Of a DNA stretch of 64,000 nucleotides, positions 48,459 to 59,119 are shown one piece after another; the stretch's first letter is position 1, and each line of letters starts with the position of its first letter. Location of the stretch: contig BQFW01000012.1 of the NCBI GenBank assembly GCA_020891255.1, positions 1,054,001-1,118,000 of the forward strand, given 5' to 3'. The translations under genes were made by a program, and so were the position numbers. Below the pieces are notes generated by a model. The model did no database searches, was not told where the DNA came from, and saw only the letters and a list, made by a program, of their open reading frames with translations. The stretch comes from Entomortierella parvispora E1425 (Eukaryota; Fungi; Mortierellomycota).

Positions 48459-49560
48459 TATTGCTGATGTGAATATGAAGGTGGGCTTTGGGGTATTTGT
48501 TGGTTGGTTGCAAAGGGTTGGACTGTAGTGCAGTCTGCGGTAAGGCGGTTTATGTTATTGACTGCAACGGTGTTTCGAAAATTGGTGCAAGGAGGTTCCC
48601 CTCGTACGGTTGCAAGCGCGGGCTATGCAGACGGACGTCTGGTCAAAAAAAAAGGGACAGAGAGAGAAAAGTGAAAAAAAGCGAGAGAGCAAGAGGGGGT
48701 GTTGTGTTCTTTTTTATGTTTTTTTGAGTCTGGATGTCCTCAGTGCGGTGGAGACTAGACCAGTGCAGTCCAGGAAGGAACAAAAGAGGAGAGAGGGAAG
48801 GGTGGTGGGTCAAAAGAGAGAAGGAAAGACACAGCAGGTCGTACGATCGATACAAAAGGTTTGCTGGTGGACGGTGGTGCGTTGAAGAGTGCGGCGGGGA
48901 TATGGTGGATGTTTCCTCCACACATTAAGCGAGTGCGCGTGCACGGATGGCTGCTGCCTTTGCCTTTCCTGCCTTTTCTTACTCCGTCTGTCTGTCTCTC
49001 TCTCTGTCTGTCTGTCTGTCCGTCTGTCCCAAGCAGTCTGTCTTGAGTACAGCCAGTCAAGTTTGCACCTATAGATCAGGATTCAACAACGAAAATGTTG
49101 TCCGCGAAGGGTGTGTCAAAGAGGCGCGGTTGTTGCGCCGCAAATGTCGTCGTCAAAAACGGAAGAGGGAGAGACGAGAAGAAAGGGTCGGAAGCTAGAG
49201 ATGGTTTGATGACAGTTGTTGAGCAGTCAGATGGATTGAAATGGAACGAAGAGTGTGAGGAAGAGAACAGTCCGCTCCGTGCATACATGCAGGATTGAAG
49301 GCAATAAGCGACTGAGTGAGCGGACGAAAGGCGGCAAAGAAGAATGAAGGGGGGGACGGAGGGAGCTGTGCTGGCGGATGCAAAGGACAAAAAAAAAAAA
49401 GGAAGGGCCTAAAGGGAGGTGCAAGGCACACCATCCTCTTTGATTAAAAAACTCGAATAAAATATGATGACTTTTTATTGTGACTATCAGTTAAAAATGA
49501 CCCCATGGAAATTTATTATTGTGCTTTGCACCTAAAAAAAAATAATCTTGCAGATATCAT

Positions 49561-50380
49561 GATGATAAAATGAAACACATTGAGCAGTCACCGCGATCAA
49601 TCTTGAAAACTGCCCGCCAAGACCTGCACCTCTTCGGTTTTCCTTTCTTTCTTTCTCAACTTACCCACCATCCCATTCCCCCCCCCCCCCCACTTCCATC
49701 CCCCCCAACTACCGAATACCACACACCTAGACACACACCTACGGCCACACAAGAAGCTCGAGGAGGTCGACGAGAGGAGAGGACGATGACGAGGTAAATG
49801 TTCTGCTCTCTTTGGAAGTTTTGTACCAAGGAGCCTTGCTAGAGGTTGTTCGAGCATCCATACTGACTTTCCTTCGTCTGGTGAACGATCGTTCCTTGCC
49901 TCGTTATATAACCTTCAGGTTCGTGTAAAGCTTTTAAGGACAAAAGGACAAAGGCAGTGCCTCCCTGTGGAACAGACGCGGCCTTCAGACCTTGTCTTTT
50001 GCGTTGGTGCTGTAGAGATGGTCACTCAACGTTCACTTCTCATACTGTCGTCATCTAGACTCCATCAGAGACCTGCGTGATGCGGTCTCTCCTTGCGAAC
50101 ACGAGTCTATTTGCAGTTTGCTTGTTCGTTTGAGAGTTTGATCAACACTGATCCTTGGATGGGCACATGATGATCCAAAGCTAACTTCCACCTCCACCCG
50201 CTTCACTCTAGACTTGCGAACATCTTTTGCGTATATGTTTTGCGAACAGGCACCATTCTTTGGTCGCACCCCCGAACGAACACCAGCACCATAGGTCTGG
50301 ATCAACACCTTCCACATGTATCGCGAGTCGATCCCATGTCAGGATTTGAGTTCTCTCTCAACTTATGTAAGTATTCTCAG
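49561..50380 (+). repeat. Left arm of a diverged inverted duplication (promoter plus spliced small transcript)
   Basis: Block-wise identity to the reverse complement of 50513-51173. The 82-nt core 50009-50090 matches 50695-50776 at 76/82. Confidence 0.92.
49786..50058 (+). CDS. Putative spliced micropeptide MTR(FV)DGHSTFTSHTVVI (16-18 aa)
   Basis: ATG with A at -3; exon 49786-49793; intron with TACTGAC branch and CAG at 49918; optional 6-nt exon 49919-49924; last exon 50016-50058. Substitutions versus the paralog fall at third codon positions. Confidence 0.4.
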
Positions 50381-50512
50381 GTCAAATCTGCTTTCTGTCT
50401 CGTCAATTACAACTGAGCGCCATATTAATAAATTTTCTCTGGGTCATTTCTACCTGATAGTCACAATAATAACGCATATCCATATATTTGCGAGGCAAAA
50501 AAAAGTTTTGAA

Positions 50513-51173
50513 CTGAGAATACTTACCTAAGTAGAGCATCACGCTCAAATCCTGCATGGCATCGCTCGCGGTGCATGCGGAGGGGTTGATCCAGTACAAA
50601 GGAGCGTTTCCAGAGTTGTGCAAAAAAAAAAAAGGAAGAAAGCTACTTCCTCAAACGAACCTGCAAACTGCAAAAAAAACTCGTGTTCGTGCAGAGAGAC
50701 TGCATCACGCAGGTCTCTGGTGGAGTCTAGATGACAACAGTATGAGACGTGAATGTTGAGTGACCTTCTCTACAGCGTCGATACAAAAGCCAAGGACTAA
50801 AGACCATGTCTGTTGCATATCGAGGCACTGCCTTCGTCCTTTAAAGCTTCTACACGAACCTGAAGGAGGGAAAGAACGATTGTTCACGAGACAAAAAAAA
50901 GTCAGCATGGATCTCTTCAGAGGGACAGAATAGCAACAGCCTCTGGCAAGGCTCCTTGGGTGAACGTTACAAACTTCCAAAGAGAGCAGAATATGTACTT
51001 CGTCATCGTCCTCTCCAGTTACTTGTATGGGCGTAGGTGTGTGTCTGTATACAGGGTGGTTATTGTGGGGGGAAAGAAAGGTGGGTGAGTTGAGAAAGAA
51101 AGAAAAGGTGCTGGCCACGGCAGGCAGTTTTGAAGATTGATCGTAGTGACTGCTCAGAAAGTATTTTATCATC
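50513..51173 (-). repeat. Right arm of the diverged inverted duplication
   Basis: Shares GATGATAAAAT, TGAGCAGTCAC, CGATCAATCTT, GGAGAGGACGATGACGA, CCTTCAGGTTCGTGTA, the 82-nt core and the terminal GTAAGTATTCTCAG with the left arm. Confidence 0.92.
50727..51006 (-). CDS. Putative spliced micropeptide MTK(FV)EGHSTFTSHTVVI (16-18 aa)
   Basis: Exon 51006-50999; intron to CAG at 50860; optional 6-nt exon 50859-50854; last exon 50769-50727 with TAG at the same position as in the paralog. Confidence 0.4.
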
Positions 51174-51315
51174 TCAGTTTATTTTTTTGGGTCCAATAAC
51201 CAATTTTTTTAAATGACATCACGGGCACGGCGCGGCGGCGCTGCCAGGCTCTCTCGACAATCTCGAGGTCTCTTCCATTGTCCTCTCTCTCCATCCTTTT
51301 CCTCCTTCTTTCGCC

Positions 51316-53428
51316 ATGGCCCAGTTCGCAAAGCTCTCCATTTTCGGCACCGTCTTTGAGGTTACCACCCGGTATGCTTCATCCATCGTTTTCCCGAGAG
51401 CTGCTTCGCAAAAGCTGCATCATCACTCATTTTCTCTTTTCAACTGCCTGTAGCTATGTGGATCTGCAGCCCGTCGGAATGGGCGCTTTTGGCCTTGTCT
51501 GGTAACAGTTGAACTCTTACCTTAATAGCTTCTTATATCTATTGCTTATCCGGTATTTGACCGTAGGCCATAGTTTAACTATTGCTTGCTCGCTCTTTAT
51601 CTCATATAGCTCGGCCAAGGATGAGCTGACAGGCCAGCCTGTGGCGATCAAAAAGATCATGAAGCCCTTCAGTACCCCGGTCTTATCCAAGCGCACCTAC
51701 AGAGAATTGAAACTACTCAAGCACTTGAAACACGAAAACGTACTTGGCCTTGAGTCTTTTCAGGATTATCTATGGAAAATTCGCTGCTCTATCTGTACAT
51801 CTGGTAATTTACATACCATTATGAACTCTGCCGTGACTCAATAGATCATTAGCCTGAGCGACATTTTTATTTCCCCTTTGGAGGACATGTGAGTAGGCTC
51901 TGCCTTTTTATTGCATGATAAAGGGTGCTTCTTAGACTCTCTCGGATATTGACCTTTAACAACCGTTAATCTAGTTACTTTGTTACCGAACTTCTCGGGA
52001 CCGACCTTCATCGCCTGCTGACTTCGCGACCATTGGAGAAGCAATTCATCCAATACTTCTTGTACCAGATTCTGGTATGTCTAATTCACAGCGTCTTTCA
52101 GCTTCGCATATTGTTATATTTGTTATAAACTAATAGCTTGATTATCCTTGACACGATACTAATCTATTCTTTCTTTACGTGGCTGTAGCGTGGTCTGAAA
52201 TACCTTCACTCCGCTGGTGTTGTCCATCGCGACTTGGTACAGAATGGTTCTACTATCCTATCTCTGTTTGAATTGCGCAATATCTATCTTTCTCACATTG
52301 TGAATGGATCTGAATAGAAACCAAGCAACATTTTGGTCAACGAAAACTGTGACCTCAAGGTATGTCACTATAAGAGCTGTTAAGAAAAACACCAGCATCT
52401 CGTATTCAGTGATCTTTCATATGGAACTGTTCTCACTTTTATCTTAGATTTGTGATTTTGGGCTGGCTCGTATTCAGGACCCACAAATGACTGGATACGT
52501 CTCTACCCGATACTACCGCGCGCCGGAGATTATGCTTACTTGGCAGAAATACGATGTAGCAGGCAAGTCGAGCTTTTATACTTGTGCTGAGAGTCCCGAT
52601 GCTCATTTAGACTTTAATGGAATGACCCTGCGTGCTCATAACAGCTGTTCTTTGCGTATGATAGTCGACATTTGGAGTGTGGGATGCATTTTCGCAGAGA
52701 TGCTTGAGGGCAAGCCACTGTTCCCTGGAAAGGACCGTAGGTGCTGTAATGTATAACTGAGATACCCTGCTGTCGGCCTTGCTGATTATTTTTTTGTTTC
52801 GCCTTTTAGATGTCAACCAGTTTTCAATCATTACCGAGCTGCTCGGAACTCCTCCTGATGATGTCATCAAGACCATTGGCAGTGAAAATGTAACGATGTA
52901 CTTGGTCCCTAGGTACCCGACCTGTATTCGTTTGATACTAACCTTTATTTTCTGTCGCATTATAGACCCTTCGATTTGTTCAATCGCTCCCCAAAAGAGA
53001 GAAGATTCCTCTAACTACGAAGTTCCCAAACTCGGATCCTCTTGGTACGTATTCATTTACTTGAAATTATAGTCTCTTTCTACCTCTCACTGACGAGTGA
53101 CATGTTATCTGTCTTGTCCTATTTATTTACCACATTAGCCCTTGATCTTCTCGAGAGAATGCTGGTGTTTGACCCCAAAAAGCGTATCACCGCAGGCGAT
53201 GCCTTGTATCACAAGTACCTAGAGCCCTATCATGACCCCGATGATGAACCAGTGGCTGCTGAGGTGTTTGACTGGTCCTTCAACGATGCAGACCTTCCTG
53301 TGGACACTTGGAAAGTTATGATGTACAGCGAAATCTTGGAGTTTCACCATGTGGACGAGGCGCAACCCGACTTCCTGGCTGATGGTGGCCAGGCGGACGG
53401 CCAGTTCCCTCCGGCACCTTTTGCATAG
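51316..53428 (+). CDS. HOG1: HOG1/p38 stress-activated MAP kinase (multi-exon)
   Basis: [56 protein letters not shown]|[31 protein letters not shown] (TGY motif) and YHDPDDEP. Confidence 0.98.
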
Positions 53429-53721
53429 CCAGTGATGTAATTACCTCCTATGCACGTCATCGCACTTTTCGTCTTTCTCCTGCAAAATAGAGCGAAGCAA
53501 CCAACTCCCATACGGTGACTTGGACCATCATCCAGTGATTGTCATTGGTTTGACTTGCGCGACACAGCTTCGCTCCGTTCGTGTTTTCTTTGAAACCAAA
53601 AATTAAACACAATTTTTTAATCTAATATTTTTAATCTAATATTTTAAGTTTTATAAATTTAGGCTCCGAAAAGCCTTCAAAGTATGAGGAAATTTGAATT
53701 AAATTTTAACCGTGTTTACAC

Positions 53722-53793
53722 GTTGGATTGGCCTAGTGGTAAGGCGTTGGTCTCCGAAGCCAAAGATCGCGGGTTCGATCCCCGCATTCAACG
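53722..53793 (+). tRNA. tRNA-Arg (CCG)
   Basis: Acceptor stem GTTGGAT/ATTCAAC, D-arm GCCT/AGGC, anticodon stem TTGGT/GCCAA with loop CT-CCG-AA, and T-arm GCGGG-TTCGATC-CCCGC. Confidence 0.92.
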
Positions 53794-53843
53794 CACAAAA
53801 CCTTTTGGGCCAATTTTGAAAACTGACCTAGGAACTTCATGGA

Positions 53844-53879
53844 CGACCATGGGGGGGATCTTCCTTTTTGGGCTTCTTA
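53844..53879 (+). repeat. Third copy of the motif found downstream of tRNA-Asn
   Basis: CGACCATGGGGGGGATCTTCCTTTTTGGGCTTCTTA resembles 45363-45400 (+) and 45933-45966 (-). The 13-nt core TTCCTTTTTGGGC is exact in all three. Confidence 0.75.
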
Positions 53880-54519
53880 ATTTGAAAGACGGGTCGGTAG
53901 TTAGAGGACTGCATGGAGCTAGTCGGATTTTTAATATATCGGCGGCCACATCTTAGTACTGCTTATCTCCACTGCAAACATGATGAAGTGCCTCGGAAGA
54001 TCCAGTTGACGCAGAGAGTCATTTTCAGAACTGTCAATATCAACTCGAGGCATTTTAGCGCAGAGCAAAGTTTTTCGACCTTGAAAGAAAAGGGTTGGGT
54101 CTCCAAACATGTTACCCCAACAAGAGCATTCCCAAGTGCTCTTATTTGGTTCGACAAGGCACTGCTTCAGACCAGCAGACCGACGTCTTTTCTTCACATG
54201 AAATGGTGCCCAGGAACTCTCATGAACACATAAAATATGCCAGCGCATTCTTTCCCACAGCCCTGAATTATTGCCAAAGACAGAGGAGGAAGACGTTCTC
54301 TTTCTAACTTTTCATTTTAGCAGTGCACCGCAAAAAGTCAATTGTACTTACGAACATAGTTGCTGTGAATGATACAGGATTGGTAAAAACTGACGTCCGA
54401 TCATAGGCTGTTTTGGTTTCTTCATATCTTTGTATTCCTTTCGTTTTCTGTCTCTTTATCTCCTTTTTTTTAATATTTCTAGACCATTATTGTTAGGACA
54501 TTACTCCAAGTTTTCACTC

Positions 54520-57348
54520 TCAACCACGCGTCGACGACGATTGGTTTCCATAAAGGTGTGTCGGAGACATGTAACATGGTTCTGGTGATTGTTGCTGTGA
54601 GTAATACGAGTTCTGAGAGGGTTGGTGCCTAGCGGGACTCTTCATGGGGACCGAAGGAGGCAGTGGAGTTTTGTTCCGTTGGTCCAACATAGCTGGGAGG
54701 AGCTGTGCGCTGGCACCAATGCTTTCTCGAGAAGCCACCATAATCTGAGCCCCCCCATCATTCGAGTCGAATGCTCGAGCTCCTACGCCAGGTTGCATGT
54801 ATCCTGTGGCGGGCGATCCTCGGACGCCATTAGCAATGGGGACAGAGTCAGAAGTTATTTGTCGAGGCAAGGACCCAGAAAATGTGGCCTGGTTTGCAAT
54901 CTTTTGGGGCATGGGCGAGAGCGAAGTCGTTGCTACCATCGGGTATTGTGACAGCTGCTGTTGAGCAAGTGTAGGTGACCGTTGTGAGTTGGACAAGAAT
55001 ACCTGCGACTGATATTCTGGCTCTTGCTGCTGTTGTTTCTTTAGCTTGAGACTTGCACGAGGTACTGGAGTTGGTACCACGGGTTGCTCCACATAACGTT
55101 CATTGTTATCATTGGCAACAAGATAGGCGCGTGTGGGGCTAGTGAGAGTTTGGGCACTTGGAGTCCAGGCATTCACAACAGCTCCGTCCTGGGCTGAGGT
55201 CGGGGACCTGTATAGAATGTCCTTGCCATAGAGGTCTTCTAAGGTCTGACCATGGGACTGAGGAGATTGGTATTTTGGTGGTTCGGGCATCAGTTGGATA
55301 GGGTCACTTCTGGATCCGCTGCTGAGGTTTCTTTGAAGGCCATACTGTGCTTGATAATGTTGTTGGTGGTTCATCTGACCAGGCACGGCAGCGTATTCCT
55401 TGCCGAGCAGATCATCCATGTCGTACCATTGGTTTTCTCCATTCAGATGCCTAGTCGACGACATGGACTTGATATCACCGCTGGACAGTGGAGACGACAC
55501 ACTATTAAATCCATTACGGGCTTCTTTCCTGGCCTGTTCATCACCGGGTGAAAGTGTCAGGTTCCCGGCAGGCGCAGGCGCAGAATCATCAGTGGGAGTA
55601 TGGCATCCTCGACTACCACTTCCGGATATTCCTCGCGAAAAGAGGTTTGCAAGCAGATAAGACCATTCGGACCAGAACTCGACTTTGCCAATGAACACCA
55701 AGGCGACCACGATACCGATGATAGCCAGCAAGGACTCTGCAGCCGTGAACCAAGTCAGAGAAGGCAAATGGGGCTTGGTGCCGACGGCACAAAGCGTCTG
55801 AGTGGCATCAGAGCTCAAGCCTTTGGCACCATTGGTCATAACACAAATGACCCATTGCTGAAGCCATTCTGTGGTTGGGCCCAGGGATGCCAATCGATGA
55901 GCGTCCACGAAGTAGAACAGCTGCAGGAATACAAGGGCGCATGCAACACATTAATTTTTTTACATGTGTCAAGGGTTACCAATATTGCCTCTACTTCTAC
56001 TGCTCTGCCTTACCCAAAATACAGTTAGGGCACTCATCACTGTAGCCAACATAAGAGCAGGGCGCCATTGACCACGGAGAAGACGCTTGGCTTGTCTGGT
56101 GGCTGTAAGTTTTGTCCTGGCATTCGACGAAAGTTGAGACATACCCGCGTCAACTCTTGACGATAACAGAGCCATCTGTAGTAACATCATGCACCGTCCA
56201 AGTAAATCGAGATGAGGTTAGAAATCAATAAATAGAAACCCATGGGTAAAATCTCAAAGGGAGACCTGCCTGGATCATCCTGCCCACTGTGACGACGTGA
56301 CAGAGCATGGAGGGATACATGTAAACGGCTGTTGGATAAAAGAGGTACGTATTCAAGTTGCTAGTGTTGACCAGACAACTGAAGCCAACTCCAGGATATT
56401 CCGCCAGGTTTCGAACTGCTACAGGAATAGCAAAGCACAACGGCAGGATCCAGCAAACACCAGTGAGCCACACATAGTACCGATCGATCAAGTCGCTTCT
56501 CCACACGGCCAACTAAAGATCCAAAGGCAATTATACGCAAAGGCGATTGGGAGCGTAAAGGCGCGGAAGAAAATTGGCGGGAAGGGAAGAAAAAAAAACA
56601 AAGGGGCAAAGTGTGGTTAATCACAAAACGTGTGTGTATGTTCATGTAAGCGTCCTTGCACTGAAAGTGGCACGCCATCCAGGAGCTAACGGAGAGAGAG
56701 ACTTACCAGATGCAATTTGTAGATAAGCAGCGAGCACCAGAGGGCAGACGTCTGAGTGAAATAGATAATCAACACACCTTGGATACCGCAAAGTCGTGAG
56801 TTGTGGCCGGTGGATTGCTCAAAGTCATTGATGCAGGCATTAGAGACACCGGGCATCACATCAAAGGCAGCATACCACAGCGACAGGGATACTGTCAGGA
56901 ACAAGACCGAAATGTGGGGCTGACTCCTCTTTCCAGGCAGAACTAAGTAGGAGACAGCCATGAAGGCAGAGGATACAAGCGATACCTGCCGAGTAACGTA
57001 GGCACCTTGTAGGACGTTCTGGACCTTGTTGGGTTCATAAAAGCTCTCGACGGCAGGACACTTGATACAGCAAGAACCCAAACATGTTGCAATGGATAGG
57101 TTGTGGATGTTCTCAATCAAAGGGCCAGGGCAATGAGCAGCGGCGGTGGGGTTGGAGGTTGGTCCCGGTATCGATGGTCCTTTTGACGATGCCGCAGGAG
57201 GGACTGGTGGTGCAGCTGAAGGCAATATGAAGTCTGTAGTCGCGGCAGCTGCTGGCGCAGAAGTTTTTGTTGTCGTTTGGGCCCAGGTGGTGGTTGCAAG
57301 TAGGACGAGAAGCGCAAAAGCGACTGGCGAGCAATTTGAGAACTTCAT
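54520..57348 (-). CDS. Frizzled/Smoothened-like (class F-like) seven-transmembrane receptor
   Basis: Signal peptide, Thr/Pro stalk, Cys-rich linker (CPGP..C..CCIKCP), seven hydrophobic segments (e.g. CGIQGVLIIYF..TSALWC, GVCWILPLCFAI..GVGFSCLV, QWRPALM) and a long Ser/Pro/Gln cytoplasmic tail. Confidence 0.65.
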
Positions 57349-59119
57349 CCTCGGCTGAGTTGGCGTGCTTCACACAAGAAACGTAAAAAAGAATCAGGAA
57401 GAATGGGAAATGGGGAATGGCAACAAAGTGAATCCAGAAATGGGCGGTAACGGTTTGATTCCTCGGTTGAAGACGTGAGAGCGACGAGGCGAGAAGGAGG
57501 ACAGAGGTGAAGACCGAGACTTCAGCTGAACTTTGAAGCTGACGCGGGTCGTTGTAGGAATTCAACAGACGGAGAAGGACAAACGAGAACGAAGGAGAGG
57601 GTAGACGGATGGAGGTGTGGAGAAGGGTGGTGGTGCACCGGTGGAAGGGGACGAGGAAAAGAGGTGAAAAAGACAATGGCGCCGATTCTCCCAAGGTGGT
57701 TCTCGCCTCTATTTGCCTCTCGCCCCAATGGCCTGGCCTGTTGACAATGCGCAACCACCCCCCCGTAACCTTCATCTACTCGCGACGCTGGAGCAGGGAG
57801 TGTCAGAATGTGGTCCAGAGTATGCGCAATATATGTCCGTTGCACATGCTGCATTTGCGTTTGTTGCAAACGGCACTTTATGCAGCACGTCCGCATTCTT
57901 CCTGCTTCTTCTTCCTCTCAGTGCTCTTGTCTGTTGTTTTCTTTTTCTTTTTCGCCGACCTCTTGCCGCACTCGCTTTCTGCATCTGTGTCGAGTTTTCT
58001 TTGTTGTTGTGTCAGAGAGAAGCTTTTTGAGGTTGCACGCGCCTCTTTGCTCTCTTGCTCATCAAAACTCAAAAGCGAACTCGAAGTCAGGTCGTCTTCT
58101 GCTGTGGCTTGGGTGGGGGGAACTTGCGTCCTTCGGCTGCTCTATACTTTGTTGAAGATATTTTGCATTGGTCAGTGCTAAATGGTCTGCGTGTGCACCT
58201 GACTGGCGCAGGCCGTTATAAGAGGGAGCCAGAAGCTGCCATCTTTTTTTGCACTCTATCTCAATTACAGCTTCAACTGCTGTGGCACCAACAGAGATGA
58301 GTGAACATCCGTGTCTCCGTGTCTACATGTCCATTGAGTCACATGACGGTGCAATATAAAAAACCTGACGCGTCGCAGGCAAAATTGCCTGCGGCAGTGT
58401 TAATCCTGTTGTGAGGAGGCGTAAGCTCCAGTGAATAAGACGACGCTGTCCCTCAACGTAAAGACAGAAGTTCTTACTGAAGCAGATCTGTGATCAGACC
58501 AAGAGACTGCTGCAAAGCTTCAAATAGAGGTAGTGAGGTGCTGGTAGGTTGAGGACGTCGGTGAGTAGAAAGAAGAAACAGGAGTCCTACGGATAGCGAC
58601 TCGAGACTAACAAGGGTGACGGAGGGAAGAACAGACGGAAGGTCGGGAAATTCTATTTTGCTCATCGATTTTTTTTTTTTTTTTTTTTTTTTTTCATTTA
58701 CCGAGAATTCAACTTCGTCCCAGAGGGACAGGAAAGGGGAAGAGGCAGGAACAGGGGGCCAAGACAATGGGCAAAGAGAGGCTGGAGCAGAAACACCTCG
58801 ACTGACTGATCTGCGGATCTCAGGGAAGGGAAGAAAGGATTCTTCGGACCATCCCTCGCTGGCTTTGATTCTCTTTCCCTTCTTTCTTCCTTTGCTTGAC
58901 TTCTTTTACCTCTCTTTCACCTGTTCCTTCATCCCCTTTTCGCCCCTCTTTCGTCCTCTCCACATCTCTTGAACACCCTTCCCTTTTCACTTCTACACCT
59001 CCTGCCGCCTGGATGCACGCACCTTATCCCTGCTTTCATAATTTCATAATATAACATCGACGACGACAAATCATTGGACCTCCTGAATCCTTTATATACA
59101 CCCTACCTCCGTTCTATTG

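Noticed and set aside
48500-49450. Several short ORFs and (TCTG)n / purine tracts upstream of G-alpha
   Set aside because: Low-complexity leader/promoter sequence; the ORFs are compositional artefacts.
50044-50058. CAAX lipopeptide pheromone
   Set aside because: The C-terminus is TVVI with no cysteine, so it cannot be prenylated.
50009-50200. snoRNA, SECIS or TPP riboswitch in the duplicated core
   Set aside because: No C/D or H/ACA boxes shared by both arms, no SECIS quartet, no TPP consensus. An Rfam search is still needed to exclude these fully.
50705-51172. 155-aa minus-strand ORF ending SSRLHQRPA*, mirrored in the left arm
   Set aside because: In this frame the core substitutions are second-position and non-synonymous, and the frame is broken by indels in the left arm. 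The GHSTFTSHTVVI frame fits selection better.
51214-51221. CRE-like TGACATCA upstream of HOG1
   Set aside because: A single 8-mer with one mismatch; expected by chance.
53931-54307. Short ORFs and an ATGATGA C-box-like motif after tRNA-Arg
   Set aside because: No matching D box at a suitable distance, no terminal stem, no protein motif.
57400-59000. Many overlapping ORFs and an 8-bp hairpin near 58375
   Set aside because: Low-complexity divergent promoter/UTR region with no coding signature.
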